Positions 19,814 through 29,298 of a stretch of 64,000 nt of DNA are shown piece by piece (the first letter of the stretch is position 1; each line of letters begins with the position of its first letter). This DNA is from an uncultured Acidobacteriota bacterium (GTDB taxonomy: Bacteria > Acidobacteriota > Thermoanaerobaculia > Multivoradales > UBA5704): NCBI GenBank assembly GCA_963770895.1, contig CAVYRF010000002.1:3840001-3904000 (forward strand), written 5' to 3'. A program made the translations under genes and the position numbers. The notes beneath the pieces were generated by a model. It was not told the origin of the DNA. It made no database searches and worked only from the letters and a program-made list of their open reading frames with translations.

Positions 19814-20045
19814 TCACTTCACCACCTCGCCGCCAACCAGGTGGCGGCGCAGCTGGCCGATCGCCCGCCAGCGGTCCTTGTGCATGCCGTGCATCGCAGC
19901 CGCGGGGGTGGCTGCGATCAGCTCGCGCTCGTTCAGGCCAATGGTGTAGAAGAGCCGCAGGATGCGCCGCTGCCTGGCGGGTAGCTTTTGGGCCATGCGG
20001 ACCAGATCGAGCCTGCTGTCGTGGTCCAGCTCCGGGGCGGGGCCG
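19814..20045 (-). pseudogene. C-terminal remnant of a sigma-70 region-4-like protein
   Basis: PELDHDSRLDLVRMAQKLPARQRRILRLFYTIGLNERELIA...RWRAIGQLRRHL; no recognisable N-terminal part. Confidence 0.5.
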
Positions 20046-23000
20046 TGGTGGTGGGCGTGGCGTGGCTGGGGTACGTCTTGGTGTGCATGCTGGGACGATG
20101 GAACGGGAGTGCCAGCCTGCTGCGGGGACTGTACGTGGAGCTGCCGCGATGGTTGGTGCGCAGGGCGCCGACGCGCGGCGATCTGGTGATGGCCTGTGCG
20201 CCGCGAGCAGGGGCCGAGTTGGCGCGGCGCTGCGGCTACCTGGAGGCTGGCGATTGCGACGCGGGCAGGGCCGGCGGCGCGGTACCTGTTGGCAAGGTCG
20301 TGCTGGCGGTGGCAGGGGACGTTGTGGAGGAGTCGGCGGACGGTCTGGTGGTGAACGGCCTGGCGGTGCCGGCATCGCGTCCGGCCGGCCGCGATGCGGG
20401 CGGGCGCGAGCTGGTGCCGTGGCGGTTGGGACGGACGCGGCTGGGCGCCGGGGAGGTGTGGTTGTTCGCGCCCTATCATCCGCGCTCGTACGACAGCCGC
20501 TATTTCGGGCCGGTGGCGGTCGCGAACCTCCCGGCGCAGGGCTTCAAGATCCACGTCTCGGCGACCCCGGCCAATGCCGTCGAGCTCCTGCGGCTAATCG
20601 TCCCCGATTGCGTCCTCGAGCAGGTGCAGTTCAAGGCCATCGCCAACTCCGCACTCCTCGGAATCATCACGTCCAAGAACTACGACCGTGGGAGCTCCAG
20701 CAAATTCCTGGTCCTGTACCCGCCGAGCACGGACCTGTTCAAGGCGCTCCTCGCCAGGTTGCACGCCAAGACCCGCCACCTCAGGGGTGCCTACATCCTT
20801 TCGGACCGGAGGTATCAAGACAGCCAGGTCCTCCACTACCGGTACGGTGGCTTCGCGGCCCGCTGGCAGCTGACGCCGGATGGCGGCCGCATGCCGCTCA
20901 TCGAGGCTCCGGACGGCACCCTGATCGCCGATCGCCGTCTGCCGTACTTCCAGCTGCCACCGTGGATCGACAATCCGTTCGGCGGCCTCAAGGACCTCAA
21001 AGCTGACAGCTCCCCGGAGGACGGCGCCCTCAACGGGCGCTATGAGGTGCAGTCGTCGCTCAGCTTCTCGAACTCGGGCGGGGTCTACCTCGCTATCGAC
21101 CGCCAGACCGGCAGGGAGGTGGTGCTCAAGGAGGCCCGACCGCTGACCAACCTCTGGCCGCGGGAGGATGGCGGCTATTTCGACGCTGTGGACAAGCTCC
21201 GCAACGAGTTCACGATCCTCCGCCGGCTCGAGCACCTGCCATTCGTTGTGAAGCCTCTGGAGCTCTTCGAGGAGTGGGAGCACGTATTCCTGGTCGAGGA
21301 GCGGTTCCACGGCATACCCTTGGGGAGCGTCAGGGCGAAAGACGAGTTTCACCTCCTGCCGTTCGTCCGCGACCGCCGGCGCGTGCGCCGCTTCTGCAAG
21401 CGTTTCCATGCCATCGCGCAGCGGTTGTGCGCCCACCTCGATGCCATCCACCGGGAGGGCATCGTGCTGGGCGACCTTTCCCCGAACAATATCCTCGTCA
21501 ACCAGGACACCTTGGACCTCTGCATCATCGATCTCGAGAGCGCCACCGTGCGCTGCGGCGGAGACGAGCTCGGCCGCGCGGCGAGCCTCTGGTCGACCCC
21601 CGGCTTTCGCAAGTACCGCGACGAGAGGAGCCGCACCGGTGTAATAAGCGTCGAGGACGACTACTACGCGCTGGGTATGACCCTGCTCGGCATGCTGATG
21701 CCCGTGACCCCTCTTTTCGATCTCGATCCGGCGGCGGAAGAGCGCCTCATGGAGAAAGCGGCGGCGTGCGTCGACCTCCCGGCGGAGGTGCTCGGGTGCA
21801 TTGCCGCGCTGCGCGACGGAAAGCTGCCCGAAGCCGTCCGGATTCTGGGTGCCTGGGACCCGGAAAGGCTTCTGGCGGGCGCCGCGAGACGCAAGGCAAA
21901 GAAGTGGAGCCTCGACTCCGCCGAGCTCGGCGAGTGGACCCGCCGTCTCGCTGCGTCCATCGTCGAGACCGCGACTCCCGGACGCAGAGACCGCTTGTGG
22001 CCCGGCGATATCAAGCAGTTCCAGACCGACCCGTTGAATATCGCCTGGGGTGCGTGCGGCACTGCGCTCTTTCTGGGCCGGGTGCTGGGGGAGCTACCGC
22101 GGTACGCCGAAGATTGGATCCTGGCGCGGCAGCCGCGCGCCGCGGATACTCCTCCGGGGCTCTATACCGGCTTGGCGGGGATAGCCTACGCGCTCGCCCA
22201 GCTTGGCCATGCGGAGCTGGGGGTACAGGCGATGGACAACTCCCGCGATTCGCCGCTGGTGTTCGCCGAGGCCAACTGGTTCGAGGGCAGCGCGGGATGG
22301 GGATGGGCCAACCTGTTCTTTTTCCGCATCACAGGTGAGCCGCGTTTCCTCGCGCGGGCGGTCGATGCCGGGGAGATGCTCGTGGCGACCGCCGAGATGC
22401 GCAGCGAGCAAGCGTTCTGGCGGCGCCATGGCGACGGCCGGATCCACTTCGGCCTGGCCTACGGTGGTGCGGGGGTGGCGTTGTTTCTGCTCTATCTGCA
22501 CCTGGCCACGCAGCAGATGAAATACATCCGGACCGCCAGACAGGCGCTCAGATTCGAAGCGGCGAACGGTCGCGAGCAGTTCGGCGGACTGGCGTGGCTG
22601 CGCTGGGAGGGAGACAGCCTGATCGTGCCCTATTGGCTCCACGGCAGCGCCGGAATCGCTACCGTCCTCTCACACTTCTACCGGCAGCTGGGAGACGAGG
22701 GCGACCTGCGCCTGGCGCGGCTGGCTGCCGCCGGCGCGTTTGCTCGCTTCACTGCGCAGTGCGACCAGTTCAACGGTCTGAGCGGTATCGGTGAGGCAAT
22801 GATCGACATGTTCCTTGCCACCGGGGAGAAGAGCTATCTCGAAAAGGCGTTCGACCTGGCCGACAGCGTTCTGCGCTACCGAATCGAGCTGCCGGCGATG
22901 CTGGCCTTTCCCGGGAGATACCTTCTGCGCGCGAGTCAAGACTTCGGCACCGGCGGCGCTGGCGTCGGCCTATTTCTCGACCGCCTCGCGCACCCCTCGC

Positions 23001-23092
23001 CACGGCTCTTCCACGACCTGGATGCGGTCTGCATGCCGTGCTCCCGGCCCGAGATGACGGTGGCCGCAACGCATAAAGGAGAAGCACGATGA
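19988..23092 (+). CDS. lanKC: in-frame fusion: TraF-like S26 signal peptidase (~20045-20530) + class III lanthipeptide synthetase LanKC (start uncertain)
   Basis: S26: WNGSASLLRGLY, PVGKVVLAVAGD, SYDSRYFGPV. Lyase: QGFKIHVSA, KFLVLYP, YILSDRRY, YRYGGF. Kinase: FSNSGGVY, VVLKEARP, GDLSPNNIL, IDLE. LanC-like domain without the WCHG/CHG Zn ligands (PYWLHGSAG). Confidence 0.88.
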   Translation: MGHADQIEPAVVVQLRGGAVVVGVAWLGYVLVCMLGRWNGSASLLRGLYVELPRWLVRRAPTRGDLVMACAPRAGAELARRCGYLEAGDCDAGRAGGAVPVGKVVLAVAGDVVEESADGLVVNGLAVPASRPAGRDAGGRELVPWRLGRTRLGAGEVWLFAPYHPRSYDSRYFGPVAVANLPAQGFKIHVSATPANAVELLRLIVPDCVLEQVQFKAIANSALLGIITSKNYDRGSSSKFLVLYPPSTDLFKALLARLHAKTRHLRGAYILSDRRYQDSQVLHYRYGGFAARWQLTPDGGRMPLIEAPDGTLIADRRLPYFQLPPWIDNPFGGLKDLKADSSPEDGALNGRYEVQSSLSFSNSGGVYLAIDRQTGREVVLKEARPLTNLWPREDGGYFDAVDKLRNEFTILRRLEHLPFVVKPLELFEEWEHVFLVEERFHGIPLGSVRAKDEFHLLPFVRDRRRVRRFCKRFHAIAQRLCAHLDAIHREGIVLGDLSPNNILVNQDTLDLCIIDLESATVRCGGDELGRAASLWSTPGFRKYRDERSRTGVISVEDDYYALGMTLLGMLMPVTPLFDLDPAAEERLMEKAAACVDLPAEVLGCIAALRDGKLPEAVRILGAWDPERLLAGAARRKAKKWSLDSAELGEWTRRLAASIVETATPGRRDRLWPGDIKQFQTDPLNIAWGACGTALFLGRVLGELPRYAEDWILARQPRAADTPPGLYTGLAGIAYALAQLGHAELGVQAMDNSRDSPLVFAEANWFEGSAGWGWANLFFFRITGEPRFLARAVDAGEMLVATAEMRSEQAFWRRHGDGRIHFGLAYGGAGVALFLLYLHLATQQMKYIRTARQALRFEAANGREQFGGLAWLRWEGDSLIVPYWLHGSAGIATVLSHFYRQLGDEGDLRLARLAAAGAFARFTAQCDQFNGLSGIGEAMIDMFLATGEKSYLEKAFDLADSVLRYRIELPAMLAFPGRYLLRASQDFGTGGAGVGLFLDRLAHPSPRLFHDLDAVCMPCSRPEMTVAATHKGEAR

Positions 23093-23982
23093 CCAGGACG
23101 GCGAGGAGCTGCCGGCAACTGCGGATTCTTGATCTCACGGCGGCGGCGGTGATTCCGCTGCTCGCGGCCCTTACGGCTTCTGCGCGTGCTCAAGCGCCCA
23201 ACGACGCCTGGACGCTCGAGAGAACGGCGACCTTCCGTTTGCAGATCGACGGCACGGAGGCGGAGGACGCACGGTTCTACCTCTCGGAGCCCAACGGCTT
23301 CCTGCTGGTGGACAGCAAGGCGTTGCCGGGGCCTTTCCTGCTGCGCTTCAGCCAGGAACGGGTCGCGCTCCTCGCGTCGCGGGTGCCCGCGGAGAGGGAA
23401 GATGGCACCATCGATATTTCCTTCGCCGGCGAGACCGCAGAAGGGAGTTTCGACACCAAGCAGCGGGGCACGCTGAGCTTCGCTTTGGGCGAGCGCAAAA
23501 TGCGCATCGAGCCGAGCCTGCCGGTGGTCGGCGACCTCGATCTCGCCACGCTCAAGATGCGGCTTCCGGTCTATGCCAGGCGCGCGACGCTCTACCACGC
23601 GGATGCCGCGATCCTCGCGGAGCTGCGCACCGTTAAGCGGCCGGTGCGCCTCCAGGTCTACTTCGCCTCCTGGTGCCCTACCTGCGAGCGCTACCTGCCG
23701 AAGCTGTTGCGGGTCAACGAGGATCTACAGGACTCGCCGCTGCAGATCGAGTACCATGGGCTGCGGGATCAACACGACTCAGAGGTCGCCCGCTACAACA
23801 TCGTCCACCTTCCGCTGGGCATCGTCTACCAACAGAAAGGGGATACGGAGCTGGGTCGGATCACCGGGGCGCAGTGGGAGACCCCCGAGCGGGCGCTGCG
23901 CGATCTCCTCGCCAAGAGCGCGAGCCCGCATGCGCCGGCTGGCCGGGCCTCTCGGCCAGGCGTGGACCCGAATCTACGGTAG
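23089..23982 (+). CDS. exported thioredoxin-family protein
   Basis: ATGA overlap with lanKC, signal peptide ending ARA-Q, YFASWCPTC motif. Confidence 0.85.
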   Translation: MTRTARSCRQLRILDLTAAAVIPLLAALTASARAQAPNDAWTLERTATFRLQIDGTEAEDARFYLSEPNGFLLVDSKALPGPFLLRFSQERVALLASRVPAEREDGTIDISFAGETAEGSFDTKQRGTLSFALGERKMRIEPSLPVVGDLDLATLKMRLPVYARRATLYHADAAILAELRTVKRPVRLQVYFASWCPTCERYLPKLLRVNEDLQDSPLQIEYHGLRDQHDSEVARYNIVHLPLGIVYQQKGDTELGRITGAQWETPERALRDLLAKSASPHAPAGRASRPGVDPNLR

Positions 23983-23999
23983 CGTCCCCGCCACCGTGG

Positions 24000-24190
24000 C
24001 CAGATGGCGACCTTCCCCGCGGCTGTCAGTTGCGCGAGCAGGTCCCATCGTTTCTGCGTCAGCACCTTGAACAAGAGCGCGGCATGTCGAAGCTGATGAA
24101 GGCCCCTTGGGCCTGCCCTGCCATGGCACGGACGAAACGGCGATCCGTCTTCGCATGTGGTGAGATCTCCAGGGTCACGGTTCGCCTGTC
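24000..24190 (-). pseudogene. remnant of an HVO_A0114-like DNA-binding/antitoxin gene
   Basis: RRFVRAMAGQAQGAFISF and ALLFKVLTQKRWDLLAQLTAAG in different frames; truncated. Confidence 0.55.
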
Positions 24191-24547
24191 GGGGCCTCCA
24201 GCGCTCCACGTCGCCAGAAGTCAGCGAGGAGCCGTTCGGGCGTGGTAAAGGTGTAGGGCCTCCTGGTCGCCGGCATGGGTCACGTTTCCGAAACAGCGGC
24301 TCGGCCTGCATGTTGGGATGGGGGGACAAATCCGGTGGAATTCATATCCGAAGGGCTGGGTGTCGGCCGAGCGCGCACCGCGGGCTCAGGGTTGTCTCCC
24401 ATCGAGGCAGTGAGAGCACTTGCAATTTGATGAATATCTGATATGCTTGAATTGATATCACTGCTTGGCCATATGCGTATAGGTCGCAGCGGCGATGTGG
24501 CCCTCCGTCAGGATAAGCGGCACATGTGTAAATCGCGATATTATTTC

Positions 24548-24577
24548 TTGACGCAGATGCTGTCTGTCGCATACGCT
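24548..24577 (+). promoter_or_regulatory. candidate sigma-70 promoter
   Basis: TTGACG-N18-TACGCT inside an AT-rich intergenic stretch just upstream of ATG 24589. Confidence 0.35.
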
Positions 24578-24588
24578 GCATTTAATTT

Positions 24589-27500
24589 ATGTGGACGAGA
24601 ACAAGGATTGCCGGCCGCTTTTTATGCGGGCTCTCTGCCGTGGTGGGCGATGTTCACGGGGTTCTGCCACCGTGCCTCAGGCGAGCAGTGCGGCACGCCA
24701 AGCTGAGTCTGATCTTGAGTTTGATGGGTTTCAGCATGGAGGTAGGAACCGCACCCCTGGCCGCACAGACGGTCATTCTCCAGGCAAGCGCAGACACGAC
24801 GCTCAAGGAGAGCAGTCCGAATAAGAACTTCGGTGCCGACCAGACGCTGACTCTCAGGGAGGGCGGCAACCGGGGGCTGGTTCGCTTCGACGCGGCCGCC
24901 CTCAGCGCGGCGGTGGCCGGCGGCAGCCTCGCCTCGGCTCAGCTCCAGGTCTATGTGACTACAAACGCCGGAAATTGGGGTGCCACCGGCCGCACTGTGG
25001 ATGTCTATCAGCAGGCGACGCCCTGGTGGGAGGGCGGAGCGACCTGGAACTGCGCCAACGATCCCAATCCAGGCCATGCGGGCGCCGGCTGTGCCAACGG
25101 GTGGACCGGCGGCGTGCCCGCTCAAGGTGCGAACGGCCCCAACGGCGACGGCGAGGCCACGGATACGGTGGTCGTCACGGACGCCACCACCGGATGGGTG
25201 CAGTTCGATGTCACCGCGGACGTGGCGGCTTTCCTCGCTGGTGCGCCCAACAACGGATGGATGTTGCAGAAGACCGACGAGGGGCAGCCGGGCAGGATCG
25301 ACCTGGCGTCGCGAGAGGGCACGGCGGGCTTCGGGCCGCGGCTGGTCCTGGTGAGCCAGAGCGCCGCCTACGACACCGTGCCTCCGGCTCTCGCCATCGT
25401 CGCTCCCGCGCAGGCGGTCCTGGTCAACGTCCCCTCGCCTGCGATCACTGTGACGTATCAGGATCCAGGTTCCGGCGTGGACACTTCGACCCTGAAGATC
25501 GCGATCGACGGACACGATGTCACCGCAACCTGCGCGATTGCGGCTCAGGCCGCGACCTGCTCATCGCCGGCACTTGCTGCGGGCGTGCACACCCTCACCG
25601 CGAGCGTGAGCGACCGCGCCGGCAACGTGGCGATCGCGACTGACAGCTTCCAGCTGCTGCTGGGACCTGGGATCTCGACGCTGACCTTTCCCGTAGCTGC
25701 CGACACCTTCATCACGGCCAAGGCTCCTGACCGAGAACATGGACGTGCCGCAATCCTGAGGGTCGCCAAGGGCGGACCGAGCCGCGCCCTGGTCGCGTTC
25801 GCCCCGGCGAGCCTCGCCGCGGCGCTGGGTGGCGGCCAGATCCTGGCGGCACAGCTCCAAGTGGGGGTGGCCCAGAACGCTCAAAACTGGGGCTCCACCG
25901 GACGCACCTTGGGTATCTACCGGCTGATCGCTGCGTGGTCGGAGCCGGCGGCGACCTGGGACTGCCCCGCGGACACGAACCTGGACAATGCGGTGCCCGA
26001 CTGTGCGACGCCCTGGAGCGGTGGAACCTTCGCGGCCGCTCCCACCTCGACCGCCCTGATCACGCGGCAGATCAGCGGCAGCGTCACCTTCGATGTCACC
26101 GATGATGTGACAGCGTTTGCCTCAGGCACTGAGAGCGACGGCTGGCTGATCGCGAAGACCGACGAGACGCTCGCGGGGCGGATCGACTTCACCTCGCGCG
26201 AGGCCACCTCCGGCCAAGTGGCACAGCTGACCGTCGAAGTGCAGGTGCCGGCGTCGCTGCCCACCGTCACCCTCACCGCGCCGCCGGACGGCACCTACAC
26301 AAACAACTCGACCCAGGTGGTGAGCGGACAGATCGGCGGATCGGCAGTGGGCGTGACCGTGAACGGTCAGGCTGCAACCGTTGCACTGGGCGGGGCCTTC
26401 ACCACTCAGATCACCCTCAGTCCGAGCATCAATCCGATCGTCGCCGTCGCCACCGATGCCGCCGGCAACCAGGCCTCGGCGGCGGTTACGGTCATTCTGG
26501 ATACCACACCACCGGCGCTGGCCGTGACCTCACCGCAGAACGGCGCGATCAGCAATCAGCCGCGGGTCACGGTGACGGGCACCGCCACCGACGATAACGG
26601 CGCCGTCTCGGTCACCGTCGCCGGCCAGCCGGTGGCGCTTACCGGCAGCTCCTTTTCAACCACCGTCCCGCTGTCCGCCGGCGCCAACGCGATCGCGGTG
26701 GTGGCCACCGATCTCGCCGGCAACACCCGGTCGATCACGGTTACGGTGACGCAGTACAGCGTCCCCGTCGTGTCGATCCAGCAGCCGGTGGATCTGTCCT
26801 ACGTCAACACCACGACGGTGACAGTGAGCGGCACCGCCACCGGTGCCACCAGCGTCAGCGTCAACGGCGTCGCGGCGACGCTCTCGGGCGCCAGCTTCAC
26901 CGCCGCCGGAGTGCCCTTGATCGAGGGCGGCAACACGCTTACCGCTACCGCTACCGACGGGCAGGGGCACGTCGGGACTGCGAGCATCAACGTGGTTCGG
27001 GACCAGACGCCGCCGCACGTGACAATCTATACCCCGGGCGCCGGCGCCACGCTCGCCGCCGCGACCGTCACCGTGTCGGGCTTGGTCAACGACATCGTGG
27101 CCGGAACGGTCAACACCGGCAATGCTACGGTGACCGTCAACGGCATCCCGGCCACCGTCGCCAACCGGTCGTTTCTGGCGCCCAACGTGCCGCTGCAACC
27201 GGGCGGCAACGTCCTGACCGCGGTCGCGGTGGACGCCGCCGGCAACCAGGCAGTCGCCACCGTGACGGTGCGCCAAATGACGCCCGCCGGCCCGCGGATC
27301 GCGGCCATATCCGGCGACACTCAGAGCGCCACCGTCGGAACACCGGTGCCGCTACCGCTGGTGGCCGCCCTGCTCGACACCTCGGGGCAGCCGGTCGTGG
27401 GCAAGCAGGTGCTGTTCCAGGCGATCGGCACCGACGGCACTTTCGACAATGGACGGCGCACCTACGCCGTGCCAAGCGATGTCGCCGGCCACGCCACGGT

Positions 27501-29280
27501 GCACTTCACCGTCGGCAGTCGCGCCGGAGCCGGCAACCAGGTGGTCAAAGCGTCGGCCCCGGGCTTCGCCGGTCCGGCCCAGTTCGTCGCCAGCGCCCAG
27601 CCGGGCGGTCCGGCGTTGCTGGTGGTCGATGCCGGCGACCAGCAGCAGGGCGTTGCCGGCCAGGCCCTGCCGCTCCCTCTGGTGGCCGTCGTGGTAGATG
27701 CCGGCAGCAACCGGCTGGCCGGAGTGGCAGCAACCTTCAAGGTGGTCAAGGGAGCGGGCACCTTCGCCAACGGCCAGCAGACCCTATCGCTGGCCTCGGA
27801 CACCGATGGCCGCCTGATCGCTTCGTTCACCACCGACCCCGCCGAGGGCATCGCCAACAACGTCGTCGCGGCCACCATCGACAGCCTCCCCGGCGGCCCC
27901 GCCGTGAGCTTCACCGCCTCGACCCTGTCCGCCTACGACCCGTCGCAGACGGCAATCAGCGGTGTCGTGCTCGACAACAGCAACCAGCCGGTGCCGGGAG
28001 CGACGCTGCGCATCCTCGGCACCGCCCTGACGACCACCAGCGACCCGCAAGGTCTTTTCCAGCTCGCCGGTGTGCCCGCCGGCACCGTGCAGCTCATCGT
28101 GGACGGCAGCACGGTCCAGCGGCCGGGCTCCTGGCCGCAGCTGGAGTTCAACCTGACCCCCGTGCCCGGCCGTAACAACCCCCTGCGCATGCCGGTCTAC
28201 CTGCTCCCCCTCGACCTTCAAAGCGGCATCGTCGTCGACGAGACCCATGGTGGAACGCTCACCCTGCCGCAGCTTCCGGGTTTTGCCCTGACCATCCAGC
28301 CTGGATCGGTCACCTTCCCTGGCGGCGGCAAGAGCGGCACCGTGAGCGTCACGGTCGTCCACAGCGACCGCGTGCCCATGACCCCCAACTTCGGCCAGCA
28401 GCCCCGCCTGATCGTCACCATCCAACCCGCCGGAGCGCAGTTCAATCCCCCCGCCACCCTCACCATCCCCAACGTTGAAGGTCTGCCCGCCGGAAAGGTC
28501 GCCGAGTTCTACTCCTTCGACCACGATCTCGGCCACTTCGTCAGCATCGGCCCCGGCACCGTCAGCGATGACGGCACCACGGTCACTTCCAATCCCGGCG
28601 TCGGCATCGTCAAGGCCGGCTGGCACTGCTGCGGGTTCCCTGAAGGTGCGGGCGCCCCCAATGCGTGCCCCGAATGCACTGTCTGCACCGGCAGCCAATG
28701 CGCGCCCAGCCAGATATGTAGTTCCTGCCAAAAGCACGTCGGCGATCTGTGCAATGGCGCGGGTGTCTGCGTCACTCAATCTCAACTTGTACCGACCTTG
28801 ATATCCAAGCAGCTCCTGATACTTCCAATCGGTGCGCCAACACCCTTGCAGCGCAGCGATCTTCCCGGTCATCCCCTCTGCCTCAGCCCGGCACAGAGTC
28901 CCTGCTTCACGGCCAGCCAACTATCCTATGGCCCGATCAGCATAAATGCCCCTTGCTCCGGAGTTGACTTAGCCGGCAGCATTCTCGAAGAGGAGCTAAC
29001 CCCAGTTTCAACGACAGATCCCGTCGGCTGCCCAACCATTGCTTCCAAAGGACCAGGGTGCCAGGTCATCGCAGGAAATAAACTGGTCAGCTTTGCCGAT
29101 CCTTCCAAACCGTGCGTTGACGTCATGGCGACCTGCGAACCGGCGCCTTCTGCAGCCTGCACCGATACGATAAGGCAAACAATATCGCTCAATGGGGTCA
29201 CGCTTTTCACGCGAACCATCACAGATACGGTGTCGCCATCCTCTAGCGGTTGCATCGTGACGACCACCGTATCGCCATAG
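24589..29280 (+). CDS. large secreted protein: 2 DNRLRE/CBM96-like domains, multiple Ig-like domains, carboxypeptidase-regulatory-like domain, Cys-rich C-terminus
   Basis: ADTTLKESSPNKNFG...FDVTADV...SREG and ADTFITAKAPDREHG...FDVTDDV...SREA; repeated LxxGxNxIxxxAxDxAGN Ig motifs; ISGVVLDNSNQPVPGA; GWHCCG at 28618 followed by a Cys-rich tail. Confidence 0.88.
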   Translation: MWTRTRIAGRFLCGLSAVVGDVHGVLPPCLRRAVRHAKLSLILSLMGFSMEVGTAPLAAQTVILQASADTTLKESSPNKNFGADQTLTLREGGNRGLVRFDAAALSAAVAGGSLASAQLQVYVTTNAGNWGATGRTVDVYQQATPWWEGGATWNCANDPNPGHAGAGCANGWTGGVPAQGANGPNGDGEATDTVVVTDATTGWVQFDVTADVAAFLAGAPNNGWMLQKTDEGQPGRIDLASREGTAGFGPRLVLVSQSAAYDTVPPALAIVAPAQAVLVNVPSPAITVTYQDPGSGVDTSTLKIAIDGHDVTATCAIAAQAATCSSPALAAGVHTLTASVSDRAGNVAIATDSFQLLLGPGISTLTFPVAADTFITAKAPDREHGRAAILRVAKGGPSRALVAFAPASLAAALGGGQILAAQLQVGVAQNAQNWGSTGRTLGIYRLIAAWSEPAATWDCPADTNLDNAVPDCATPWSGGTFAAAPTSTALITRQISGSVTFDVTDDVTAFASGTESDGWLIAKTDETLAGRIDFTSREATSGQVAQLTVEVQVPASLPTVTLTAPPDGTYTNNSTQVVSGQIGGSAVGVTVNGQAATVALGGAFTTQITLSPSINPIVAVATDAAGNQASAAVTVILDTTPPALAVTSPQNGAISNQPRVTVTGTATDDNGAVSVTVAGQPVALTGSSFSTTVPLSAGANAIAVVATDLAGNTRSITVTVTQYSVPVVSIQQPVDLSYVNTTTVTVSGTATGATSVSVNGVAATLSGASFTAAGVPLIEGGNTLTATATDGQGHVGTASINVVRDQTPPHVTIYTPGAGATLAAATVTVSGLVNDIVAGTVNTGNATVTVNGIPATVANRSFLAPNVPLQPGGNVLTAVAVDAAGNQAVATVTVRQMTPAGPRIAAISGDTQSATVGTPVPLPLVAALLDTSGQPVVGKQVLFQAIGTDGTFDNGRRTYAVPSDVAGHATVHFTVGSRAGAGNQVVKASAPGFAGPAQFVASAQPGGPALLVVDAGDQQQGVAGQALPLPLVAVVVDAGSNRLAGVAATFKVVKGAGTFANGQQTLSLASDTDGRLIASFTTDPAEGIANNVVAATIDSLPGGPAVSFTASTLSAYDPSQTAISGVVLDNSNQPVPGATLRILGTALTTTSDPQGLFQLAGVPAGTVQLIVDGSTVQRPGSWPQLEFNLTPVPGRNNPLRMPVYLLPLDLQSGIVVDETHGGTLTLPQLPGFALTIQPGSVTFPGGGKSGTVSVTVVHSDRVPMTPNFGQQPRLIVTIQPAGAQFNPPATLTIPNVEGLPAGKVAEFYSFDHDLGHFVSIGPGTVSDDGTTVTSNPGVGIVKAGWHCCGFPEGAGAPNACPECTVCTGSQCAPSQICSSCQKHVGDLCNGAGVCVTQSQLVPTLISKQLLILPIGAPTPLQRSDLPGHPLCLSPAQSPCFTASQLSYGPISINAPCSGVDLAGSILEEELTPVSTTDPVGCPTIASKGPGCQVIAGNKLVSFADPSKPCVDVMATCEPAPSAACTDTIRQTISLNGVTLFTRTITDTVSPSSSGCIVTTTVSP

Positions 29281-29298
29281 TTGAACCGAGATTGCACG

